Both the position numbers and the translations under genes were made by a program. The notes under the pieces are model-generated. The model searched no databases and was not told the origin of the DNA. It was given only the letters and a program-made list of their open reading frames with translations. Shown piece by piece: positions 38,691 through 50,541 of a stretch of DNA of 64,000 nucleotides. Numbering within the stretch: the stretch's first letter is position 1; every line of letters starts with the position of its first letter. Location of the stretch: assembly GCF_016432865.1 (NCBI RefSeq), contig NC_067402.1:116994001-117058000 (forward strand). Direction: 5' to 3'. Origin of the DNA: Antechinus flavipes (Eukaryota).

Positions 38691-41600
38691 GGTCATAAGA
38701 TCAATTTATACTTGGCATTGAATTAGGAGACATCTACGTGTGTTCCATCACATTATAACTGAAGCTTACTGAAGCCCCAAAAATGATCTATACAAGAAAG
38801 ACTTCCCATAATGGAACTAGAAGTTGAGCCAAAGTCATGAGATTTGAAATACAGTCTTTTTCTCTCCTTTGTCCTCATGACTATGCTTGGTTTGGAAATG
38901 TGGGTAAACTATAGCATTATAATGTCCATATAGTGCCAGTGTCTTCTGGTTATTAACTGAGGAATATGAAATATATCATTGATCATGAAAATTATCCAGC
39001 AATGTTTCTTAAGCATGCTCATTTAAAAACACATGCAGAGTCAATTATTGGTGAAATTTTGAATTGCTTAGCCATTTTAGAAAATAATTTGAAATTGTAC
39101 CAAAACTAATAGGTTTGTATTTACAAAATGTTTACATCACTATTTTCTATATTGATGAAGAACTGGAAGGGATTTGGTGCTCAATAATTATAAATGATTG
39201 AATACATTGTGACACATGAATGTAAAGGCATATTTCATTATAATAAATAACGAATATGAAGAACTCAGAGAAACTTAAAGATTTTAATGAACTGATGCAA
39301 AGTAAAAGCATAATTAAGGGAACATGTTTTGGAGTGGTCACAATAATATAATAGAAAAATGCTGAAAGCCTTTAAAACTCTAATTAATGTTAGACACAAT
39401 TGTGTCTAGAGAATTGATGGGAATGAAACATACCGTGTGCCTCTCATCAGAGTGATATGGAACTGTGGGTATGGTGTGAGACATATATTTTCAGTATTGG
39501 TCAATGTCTGGTTTGCTTGCTTAATTCTGTTTCTTTTTAAAAATAGTGTTTTCCTTGGGGTGAAACAATTGTGGGGAGCTATTGGGAAGTGACTAATATT
39601 TGGCAAATTTCAATCAAAAATTAAAAAAAATGTACATAACCCACATACACACAAATATACACACAGATATGGAAATGTTTGTACCTACAACTATATCTGT
39701 ACCTGTATCTGCATTTGTAGCACTAAGGTCTGTGTGGAGTGAATGTCGGAAGTAGTTCTACTATCTGGCCTCCTAAAAACAAAATGAAATACACCTAAAA
39801 AGAAATGAATATATACCTAGAAAAAACAAAAAATAAAAACATTAATATAAGAATTAGATTTTCTCTGAGAATGCTGTATTTTAAGAATAGAATAAAATAG
39901 TTCCCCACTGAAGAAAGTAATTATCTTTCATTCCTTAAATTGCCAGTGCCCTTCCTAATCTTTCATTCCTTAAATTAGTAAGGGCACTGACAATATTTTA
40001 TTGTTACATATAATTAAGTTGAATTTATTGGCTCTGAGCATTTTAAGTCCAATAACACTTTGGGTGGCTGTAGAAGTTCCAGTAGTTGGATGAAACAGAA
40101 AGGAGCATTGTACTCCCTTGTTTCTGTCAGGCAGTAAAACTCATCACTCAGCTTTTTTCCCCTTCTGTGCCTTTCAAAGACATATCCCTTATCAGAAGGA
40201 AGCAGATTCTGAGATTCTCTGAGCAGGTGTGGCCATGGCATTCCCACTGAGCCAGTTACTTGGCAAAAATCTATGAGAGCAGTGGAAAGAATTTAGGACA
40301 ATATACCAGTCTTAGGTATTAATGTAACTGATGACTAGGAGGTAAGGGAGGATCTTCCGTGATTTGAAGCAAGGTTTGGATACAGGAGTAAAAGATGATT
40401 AGCAAAACAACCTCAGAGACATTTTAGATGGTTTGGGAAAAAAAAAGGAACACTCATTGACCTTGAGTGGAGAAGGAAGGAGATGTTATGAGTGATGCTG
40501 AAAAGGGAGCCTGTTGATATTGAAGGCAATTTTGTCTAAGGTAAATTACTTTATCTGATATTAGATAGAATGAAATCTTGTATTTTTGTTGTCCCAGTCT
40601 TTTTCTTGGAGAACTTAAGCCACTGAAGCCCAGAGAAACACAATAAGTAACAGTGAGTGTGGTATTTATGTTTGTGATGACCAATTTACTTATACGTCCC
40701 TTTGGCTATGAACCAATGATGTGATATAACTGCTGCTTTCTTCTTCTCCTTCTCCTTCCCTTTCTCCCTTGGGTGGGTTTTTCTTAGATCTTTCATTTTG
40801 GGGAAGGATCCAGAGGAGGAATCCTTCATTCTCTGAACTCTATAAGTACATCTCTCTCCTCTCACTTTTCCTCTTTCATGGGTTTTCTTCTCTGATTAAA
40901 ATCTTCAAAGACAAGGAAATCTTTATTTTTGCTTGTATTTTTATTCTTATTGCTGAGATTTGTACTTGACATATAGTAGTTAAAAATATTTGTTAACTTG
41001 ATTTGGCATAAAAGATAGAAATGGAGATGATGTTGTTGTGATGTTTTTGATGCAGGAAATTCTTAGATGAAGAAATTCCCCATACTTATGCAAATTGGCA
41101 CCTTTTCTGCCACTTGTCATCTTAGAGAGTTTTCTAAGGCACAAACTGACTTGTATAGGTCACACAATCTATATGTGTAGATAGATGGAATGGATTCTAG
41201 GATGTATGTTGTTCTAACTTTTTCTTGGAGAATTTAAGTTACCGAAAACCAGAGAATCACAGTAAATCATAATCAGTGTGATATTTAGGAAAAGTCAACT
41301 AGATATCAGCTTCTTCTACCATTTAGATGGTACTTACTCATGCTTCTATTGACTTGTCCTAAGTCAAATTATAGAATCTACTTCCTTTGAGAGAATCAAG
41401 CAATTAAGCCAATGAAAAGCATGCAAAGAGAAAATATATCCAGTTTCTAGACTGTGGATACCAAATAATTGTATTAAAGATAAGCAATTATTTGGTTTAA
41501 TTTATAGACTTTCTTTAGTCATAGACCAAAGGTTCTATAGAAACTGTTTTCTCTTTAGTTTAGATGGTTACCTATGAGAGGGGATCATAGAGTCCTGGAA

Positions 41601-43618
41601 ATCTTTAAAATGAATGAAATCACTGCAGCCTTCAAATCATCCTGCTGGCAGTTCAAGATCCCTGGCCTCCAATTCACATTGAAGCATTCTGTTTGCAAGG
41701 CCTGCCTCTCTTGATGGCTTAGCCTCTTTATTTCTGCCTGATGCTGACTGGCTGATTCCCTCTTCAGTAGTTATAGTTTTTTATACATTGCTTTCAAGTA
41801 CTTCTTTGAAATGTGGCCTTGCTGGGCAAGAGTTACCTGCTTACTTTCTACTGCTGACCTGCCTTATTACATGGAGTCATATAACTGGAGTCATATAACT
41901 TAGCTAACCTCACCCTTATTATAATGGTAATTTATAAGCATCACAATAAAAGATGGCCTAGCTAGAAGCTTAGTTTCTGCTTGGGCTAATTGAGCATAGC
42001 TAAGGCAAGTAGTAGGATTCTGGGGAAAATTAGAAGGCTTTAGCTATTATACGAAATCTTTCATATAAACCACCAAGTGATTTGAATAGTCATAGTGGAA
42101 ACTTCTTACTATGGCTTTCAACACATATAGGGGTTGGTTCCTATTCCCAGCTAAGAATCTAAAAATACTTCCTCAGCCTTTCTTGGTCAAATAGATGTCA
42201 TGTCAGCCCAAATCAGAACCACAAAATCCTAGGGTCTCGAAATTGGAGAAAGATTCAAAATTCACTTAGGACAATCAATATTTAAGATGGAATCAATCTC
42301 ATCTACCAAGTTTAGCCTCTAGTTGGAAATCTCTGGTGAGCAGGAAAATATTACTTTGTGAGAGAACAACTGTTAGTGTTTTTTCCTTTGGTGACAAGGA
42401 ACTATTACTTTCAGAGAGCAACTGTTAGTGTTAAAATTTTTTCCCTTGTACATACCAAAAATATGTCTCTGTAACTTTCATTTGCTATTCTTAGTGTCCT
42501 TTAGGTGTATACAAAAACATGTTTGCGCCTCTATTTGTCAGATATTCAAATACTTGGAGGCAATTATAATTTGTCTTTTAAGTTTTCTTTTTTCTAGGCT
42601 AAATATTTTCACCCCTTTTGGCAAGTCAGTCAATAAGGATTTATTAATTGCCTACTATGTGCAAGTAAAATGTTAGGAATAGGAAGAAAGGCCAAAGACA
42701 GATAGGACCTCAGAATTTAATGGGGAGAAAAATAGCAAAAAATGAACAAACTATGTATCAAATAGAAATAAGTTACAGAAGGAATTAATAACATTGTTTT
42801 TTAGATTTTGGTCAGGAAGTAAAGTTCATTGGCTTTTAGTTTGAAGAATCTGTCTTTTTCCTTTCTTGAAAAATGGAACATTATTTTCCAATTTCTAGTC
42901 TTTAGAAATTTCTTCCATTTTCACTGATATTTCAAATATCACCAATAATGACACAGAAATTATATTCTCAAGTTATTTTACTACCCTTGGCCGAGTTAGT
43001 TGAGTTCATCAAGTATATTGCGGTGCTGTTTTAGCATTTATTCTTTTAGTTTAGGTTTCCCTTATGAACAAAATACTTGTTTTATGTTTCTTAAGCAAAA
43101 GTTCCCCTTGGGAGAGAAAATCAAAGTTAAATAAGGATTGAGTTGATTTACCTTCAATTCCTTATTTATTCATATTCTATCCACCTTATTTAGTGGTCCT
43201 TTCCCAGGTCTTCTTTCTTTTTTCTCTAAGAGAACTACAGAAGCCTGATTGTTATATTTAGCCTTCATTAAAAACCTAAGTCAACTCTGGACTTTAGTGC
43301 TGGGGATTTGTAAGACTGTTTATCTGTTAGATGAAAAAGTAATATAGTATGGTGGATTACTAGATTTAGAGTCAGAAAGACATGGATTCAAATCCTATAC
43401 AGACAATTATTAGATGTGCAACTGTGGGCAAGTCCCTTGAACTCTCATTGTTTTTTTCACTTTAAAAATGAGGATGAAAATACTTGTGGTATCAACCTCA
43501 TGGAGTTCAGTTCATATCAAAAAAGATAAAGCACATTGTTATAATAAAGTTTTTCCTGTCAGATTTATTGACTGTGTAACCCTGAGAAGGTCACTACATT
43601 TCTCAATATATTTTATAT

Positions 43619-43890
43619 TGGTAGTTCTCAAACATTTTGGTTTAGACTTCAACTATTATAGAAAGTCATATCATATTATAGGAAGTTGGCATTCTTGAAA
43701 TTATTAAAAACTCCCTTCTCTACTCCCCAACAAAAAGTGGTTGTTTATGTAGATTACATCTGTAAATATTTACTGTATTATAAATTAAAATGTCAATATT
43801 ATTTTAAAGAATTTTGACTTCATGGATCCCTTTAAAATGTATCTGAGACCCTGCGGACTTTTTGGAGCACCACATTTTGAGAACTGCTAC
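43619..43890. mobile_element. hAT-Charlie MITE (MER33-like)
   Basis: Terminal inverted repeats gtagttctcaaa (43621) and ttgagaactgc (43877-43887), with Charlie-type internal motifs. Confidence 0.7.
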
Positions 43891-44281
43891 TGTAGACAAC
43901 TCTCTGACCATAAGTTTAAGAGAAAGTGCCTGTTTGTTAGGGAGTTACCTCATCTAGGAGTTCTCTATACTGATGAAAGTACAGGTCCAGTCCCAATCTT
44001 TATTCAATTTCTATTATCCTTTTCCTTTTCTTACTTAAAATGTTGATCTATTCAAAGGGAATTCAAAGTAAATGGAATGCTCCTCCCTCCTCCCCACCTT
44101 ACTTTATTAATATTTTAACCGAGTTCAGGATGCTTTTAACTTTTTTTTAATCAGAAAAGTTGAATTAAGGACATGAAAAGAGAGAAGCAAAATGTTACGG
44201 CTATAAATTTCTGGGTCAATCCAAACATAAAAGGCATTAAAGAAAATGTCAGCTACGAGGCCAGATGCAGCCTGACAAGAG

Positions 44282-44286
<5 letters not shown>

Positions 44287-44337
<51 letters not shown>
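44287..44337. repeat. (AC)n microsatellite
   Basis: Read directly. Confidence 0.97.
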
Positions 44338-44339
<2 letters not shown>

Positions 44340-44639
44340 TTTGCTTGTTTTTTTTGAAAGCCCCAAATTCAAAACTAAATTAAAAATTGAGCTGACCTTT
44401 CTCCCTTGGGGCTGCAGATGTCACTGCTGTCCAATACAGAATCTTTGACTGTGAGAGAAAGAGAAGTCATAGATCTCTAGTGTAAAATGAAAGAGTCTAC
44501 CTGCCAAATCCTTAAAATGACCTGCCATAGTTTTACAGGAGAGTGACAGCATAATTGTTTAACAACCCCTGTGAGTGACTACAAATTCCTGAATATTTGC
44601 TTGTGATGTCTCATCAACTTTATCCTAAGGAGCTGCACA

Positions 44640-44822
44640 TATGCATCTATTTATCTGTCTGAGTATTTATCTATTTGTCTATCTGCATATATATCTATAT
44701 CTCTCAGTCCATTTGTCTTTGTTTGCCTTCTCTGTCTTTATATCTGTCTGTATCTGTCTGTCTATTTGTCCATTTGTCTCTGTCTATTTGTCTTCTATAT
44801 AACTCTTTGTCTCATCTCCTCA

Positions 44823-44864
<42 letters not shown>

Positions 44865-45040
44865 ATATATATATGTCTGTCTGTCTCTATATATAACTGT
44901 CTGTCTCTGTCTGTCTATATATCTATCTGTCTTTATCTGTTTTTATATGTCTCTCTGAATCTGTCTATATATGGCTTTCTCTGTCTTCTGCCTATATATC
45001 TAAGTGTCTCTCTGTTTCTGTCTAAATGTCTCTCTATCTA
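44640..45040. repeat. Degenerate (TCTA/TCTG)n low-complexity tract with a pure (CT)n core at ~44825-44862
   Basis: Read directly. Confidence 0.92.
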
Positions 45041-46260
45041 AATCAATTGTTTCTGTGGCTTTCATTTCTAGTCAGAAATAATTATTGAGTGCCCTCTTTC
45101 TCAAAAACTATAGAAAGGACAAGGAAGAAATATGATGGGGAAAAAGACATAATTTCTTCCCAATAGTGGATTATATGTTAGTTGGGTAGACAACATAATA
45201 TCATAACAATATTTATAAGGAAGTTTACCAATGGCTATAAATTAATGAAGTAGAAAAAGAACTCATAAATAATAAGGGATAAGGAAAGATTAGAGTGAAA
45301 TACATTTAATCAGAGAAAGCAGTCTGAAGGTCACTAAGAAGTAACCATGTAGCAACATTATGTGAGATAATTCTATAAACCACAAATGATTATTAAATGA
45401 TCAAAAGGATTCTTCACAATTATATACCCACACATATGTGCATATCTATCTATCTATCTATCTAACTATATATATATATATGAATATATGTGTTTAGTGG
45501 GAGCAGATATGATTTTGTAGGAACCTAAAATACTTAGTTTATTTATCACCCACAAAAAGGAACATTTTAAAATGTAGACAAGGACAAGAGAGAGAGGCCT
45601 TCTTAAGTTCTAGGTAAATGTGAAAATATTAAGCCTGGAAATTTATGAGTTGTGTGAATGAAGTGACTTTTTTTCCCCTAAAATACATTATTGGTAAGAA
45701 AAGCTGAAAATGACATTACTGAGACATTAAATAGGTTTGAAGACCTTTCAAAGGATGGAAATTTTATTCATGAACCAGGAGTCACTTCTTTTAGATCCTA
45801 GAGCAGGGGTAAAACAATTTTTTTTTCACATGAAATTGTAGGCAATTAATAGTGTGAATGATTTAGAAGAGGAAAAGAGCTTAGAGATAGAGAAACTAGC
45901 AAGTTGGCTATTACAATAGCCTAGCTGCAAAATGATATGATGTTAGGTGAACAAATAAAAACTGGGTAGAGCCAATAAGATAACACTATTGGGAAGAAAT
46001 TGTATCTCTTTTCCCCCCTCATAACTCTTCTTTGTCCCTTCTATAATTTTTGAGAAACAGAGGACACTCAATAATTATTTCTGACTAATTAGAAATTAAA
46101 GCCACAGAAACAATTGAATTAGATACATAGAAAAATATTTAGACAGAGAAAGATAGACACTTAGATATATAGGCAGAAGACATAGAGATCATATATAGAC
46201 AGAGACAGACGTATATAGACAAAGACAGATAGATATATAGACAGAGACAAACAGTTATAT
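44891..46260. repeat. Old inverted duplication: 44891-45168 vs 45984-46260 (roughly 80-85% identity, ~815-bp spacer)
   Basis: Manual reverse-complement alignment, e.g. caattgtttctgtggcttt, gtcagaaataattattgagtg and atttcttcccaatagtg. Confidence 0.9.
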
Positions 46261-46407
46261 NNNNNNNNNNNNNNNNNNNNNNNNNNNNNNNNNNNNNNNN
46301 NNNNNNNNNNNNNNNNNNNNNNNNNNNNNNNNNNNNNNNNNNNNNNNNNNNNNNNNNNNNNNNNNNNNNNNNNNNNNNNNNNNNNNNNNNNNNNNNNNNN
46401 NNNNNNN
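46261..46407. other. Assembly gap (147 N)
   Basis: N run. Confidence 1.
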
Positions 46408-46930
46408 GATATATGGATACAATTAATAATAACAATAATAAAGGAAATGTTACAAAAATGTTAGCCTTAAGAATCCTGACATTAGTTAATTGTATTATGA
46501 AAGGTAATAATAATAGCAACAATAATGAGGGGGATTTAATATTTGCAAAGCACTTTCCATAGAATATCTCATTTTATCCTCACATGAACATTGGGAAGTA
46601 GATACTATAATTATTTCCATTTTACAAATGGGGAAACTGAGAAGACAGAGTTTAAGTGACTTGCTCAGCATCAGACAGGTAGCAAATTTTGAATAAGGAA
46701 TTTGAACCTAGGATTACCTGATTCCACATCAAGCATTTAATTGATGAATCTATAATTGCTCGTGCTTCATCCTTTCTGTTTAGTCATTATAATCCATAGT
46801 TGATAGCACTAACATTCTTCTATTATTATTACCTTTCATAATACAATTAACTAATGTCAGGATTCTTAAGGCTAACATTTTTGTAACATTTCCTTTATTA
46901 TTGTTATTATTAATTGTATCCATATATCAT

Positions 46931-47079
46931 NNNNNNNNNNNNNNNNNNNNNNNNNNNNNNNNNNNNNNNNNNNNNNNNNNNNNNNNNNNNNNNNNNNNNN
47001 NNNNNNNNNNNNNNNNNNNNNNNNNNNNNNNNNNNNNNNNNNNNNNNNNNNNNNNNNNNNNNNNNNNNNNNNNNNNNNN
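46931..47079. other. Assembly gap (149 N)
   Basis: N run. Confidence 1.
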
Positions 47080-49479
47080 ATATAACTGTTTGTCTCTGTC
47101 TATATATCTATCTGTCTTTGTCTATATACGTCTGTCTCTGTCTATATATGATCTCTATGTCTTCTGTCCTATTTCAGATGACATCAGCTTGAGGAGCGAA
47201 TGTCTCTCTTACTATGCCAAACTAGATCAATAACTGTTAATTTTATTTATTTTTAGGCTTTTAAAAATTAATCCATTTATTTTAATAAATACTGATTTAT
47301 GAATCATGTTGGGAGAGAAAAATCAGAACAAGAGGGAAAAATCACAGAAGAGAAAAAAAAGTAAATATAGCATATGTCACTTTACATTCAATCTCCATAG
47401 TTATTTTTCTGGATGCAGATGGCATTTTCTGTCCAAAGTCTATAGGGATTTTGTTGGATCACTGAACCACTGAGAAAAACCAAGTCATTCATAGTTGATC
47501 ATTGCACATTCTCACTGTTACTTTATACAATGTATTCCTGGTTCTGCTTGTTTTGCTCAGCATCAGTTTGTACTGTAAATCTTTGCAGGCCTTTCGAAAA
47601 TCAACTTGTTCACCATTTTTATAGAACAATAATAATCCATTGCCTTCATATATTTCAACTTATTCGGCCATTCCCCAATTGATGAGCATTCATTTTCCAA
47701 TTTTTTTTCCACAAAAGAGCTATTAGAAACATTTCCCTTCTTTATAATTTCTTTGGAATACAGACCTTCATTCTTGGTATAAATCCCATTTGGTCATAGC
47801 ATATTATCCTGTTGATAAGTTGCTGTAATCTCTTTGCTAATATTTTATTTAAAATTTTTGCATCAATATTCATTAGGGAGATTGGTCTGTTATTTTCTAT
47901 CTCTGTTTTGATTCTTCCTGGTTTAGCTATCAGTATTTTATTTATATTATAGAATGAATTTGGCAAGAAGCTTTCTTTGCATATTTTCCCAAATAGTTTA
48001 CATAGTATTAGAATTAACTGTTCTTTAAATGTTTGGTAGAATTCACGTGTGAATCCGTCTGGACCTGGAGATTTTTTCTTAAGGAGTTCATTAATGGCTG
48101 GATCAATTTCTTTTTCTAAAATTGGGACAATTTAAGAGATTCATTTCCTCTTTTGTTAATTTGGGCAATTTTTTTTGTAAATATTTGAACATTTTGGTTA
48201 GATTGTAAGATTTGCTGACATACACAGTTGGGCAAAATAGCTCCTAATTATTGCTTCAATTTCTTTTTCATTGGTAGTAAATTTACCCTTTTTATTTTTA
48301 ATGCTGGTGATTTGATTTTTTTCTTTCCTTTTTGTAATCAAATTAACTAAAGATTTATCTTTATTTTTTCATAAAACCAATTTTTAGTTTTATAAATTAG
48401 TTCAATAGTTTTCTTAATTTCAAATTTATTAATATCTATTTGTTTCAGGATTTCTAAATTAGTATTTAATTGGGCATTTTTAATTTGTTCTTTTTCTAAC
48501 TTTTTTACTTGCATGCCTAATTCATTGATCTCCTCTTTCTCTATTTTATTCGTGTAGATATTTAGAGAAAATTTCCCCAAAGAATTGCTTTGGCTACATC
48601 ACATAGATTTAGTATGTTGTCTCATTATTGTCATTGTCTTGGATGAAATTATGGATTATTTATGTAATTTGTTGTTTGACCCATTCATTTTTTAGAATTA
48701 GATTATTTAATTTCTGATTGGTTTTTAGTCTATTTTCCCTGGCCCTTTATGGAACATAATTTTGTTTATACTGTAGTCTAAAATGAAGCATTTATTATTT
48801 CTTACTTTCTGCATTTGAGTGAGGTTTTATGCCCTAATATATGATCAATTTTGTGAATATGCCATGTATTGCTGAGAAAATAGTATTTTCCTTTCTGCCT
48901 CTATTCAATTTTCTCCAGAGGTCTATCATTTCTAGGTTTTCTAGCATCCTGTTTACCTCTGTAGTTTCTTTCTTGTTTATTTTGTGGTTAAATTTGTCTG
49001 ATTTTGAGAGGGGAACATTGAGGTCCCCCACTAGAATAGCTTTGCTGTCTATTTCTTCTGAATTGACTTTATATATATTTTCTAAGAATTTGTATATTCT
49101 ACCACATAGTGCATATAGAATTAATAAGTTATTACTTTATTGTTTATGATACCCCTTATCAAAATGTACTTTCTCTCCTTATTTCTTTTAATGACATCTA
49201 TTTTTACTTTTATTTTTTCTAAGATAAAAATTACTACCCCTATTTTTTTTCCCTTCAGTTGAAGCATAATAAATTCTGTTCCAGCCTTTTACCTTAACTC
49301 TGTATGTGTCTCTCTGTGTCAAATGTCTTTCGTGTAAACAACAAATTGTAGTATTCTTTTTAAATCCATTCTGCTATTTGCTTCCATTTTATGGGAGAGT
49401 TCATCTCATTCGCATTCATAGTTATGATTGCCAGCTCTGTGTTTCCTTCTATTTCATTTTCTCCCCTCATATGCTTTTG

Positions 49480-50541
49480 TGTTGGAATCCTTACTAACTG
49501 CTAAGTAATTAGAGTAGATCTAATCTTACAAGAAGATGTTTTGGGCAGAACCTGAAACAAGGTACTAAGTAGAACTAATTAAGACAAGGCTTGTGTTCAC
49601 ACCTTTACTCACTGGAGTCCACAAGTATGCTAGCTTCACAAAGTACACTTTCTACACCTCCCTTAAAGCTCATTGGGCCAGAGAGCACTATGGGAGAAAA
49701 CCCATAATCCCATTCTCTCAGAAGAGGCAGATAAAAGGCCAGCGATGAGGGATCTATGGCAGAATACATTTTTTCCTCTTGGCTGGCTGATCGCGCTGGA
49801 CTCGAGAGGAACGACTCTGGTGCAGAGAACACTTTGACGGATTTCAGTGGAGCTACGCCAGAAGCCCTCTCCCTGTGGCAAAACCGTCCATTCATTATCT
49901 TTTATAAGGCTCAGCTAAATTGACACTGGGCACCGAAAAGGCAAATCTCTTCACATCCTCCTTATCCAGAGGAATGGAATAGAAACAATCCTTGATGTCT
50001 AATAACCCAAAGAGGCCATTCTCTAGGAAGCTGAGTAGGAGATGGAAGTCCAGGCTGAAGAGTTCCCATAGTTTCCATCTGTTCGTTCACTTTTCTTAAA
50101 TCAGTGAGCATCCTCCATTTTCCCGATTTCTTTTTTACAACGAACACTTTGAGGGCTTCTGGTGTAGCTCCACTGAAATCCGTCAAAGTGTTCTCTGCAC
50201 CAGAGTCGTTCCTCTCGAGTCCAGCGCGATCAGCCAGCCAAGAGGAAAAAAATGTATTCTGCCATAGATCCCTCATCGCTGGCCTTTTATCTGCCTCTTC
50301 TGAGAGAATGGGATTATGGGTTTTCTCCCATAGTGCTCTCTGGCCCAATGAGCTTTAAGGGAGGTGTAGAAAGTGTACTTTGTGAAGCTAGCATACTTGT
50401 GGACTCCAGTGAGTAAAGGTGTGAACACAAGCCTTGTCTTAATTAGTTCTACTTAGTACCTTGTTTCAGGTTCTGGCCAAAACAACTTCTTGTAAGATTA
50501 GATCTACTCTAATTACTTAGCAGTTAGTAAGGATTCCAACA
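49480..50541. mobile_element. Palindromic class II ERV-derived element: inverted LTR halves flanking an RT fragment, 6-bp TSD
   Basis: Starts TGTTGGAATCC and ends GGATTCCAACA, with CTTTTG at 49474-49479 and 50542-50547. 49480-49869 is the reverse complement of 50151-50541 apart from 3 substitutions and 1 homopolymer indel. It is CpG-rich relative to the background. Confidence 0.93.
49870..50150 (-). pseudogene. Betaretrovirus-like (ERV2/ERVK class) reverse transcriptase N-terminal fragment with two +1 frameshifts
   Basis: The minus strand translates [92 protein letters not shown]. This carries the class II RT motifs [20 protein letters not shown], IDxKDCF and LPQG. Confidence 0.95.

Larger units (their letters stand above)
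46174..47166. repeat. Identical inverted repeat spanning two N gaps: 46174-46516 vs 46820-47166
   Basis: 46174-46260 is the exact reverse complement of 47080-47166, and 46408-46516 is the exact reverse complement of 46820-46928. Confidence 0.9.

Noticed and set aside
47742-49149. Short minus-strand ORFs resembling L1 ORF2
   Set aside because: Fragments of the decayed L1 with many stops and frameshifts; not functional genes.
49849-49860. TGGCGTAG (reverse strand) resembling a tRNA-Ser primer-binding site
   Set aside because: Only an 8-nt match, lies inside the LTR arm rather than after a CA terminus, and is mutated in the other arm.
49480-50541. DIRS-type or DNA-transposon interpretation of the inverted termini
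   Set aside because: The internal sequence is retroviral class II RT, with no tyrosine recombinase or transposase, and a 6-bp TSD with TG..CA ends fits retroviral integrase.
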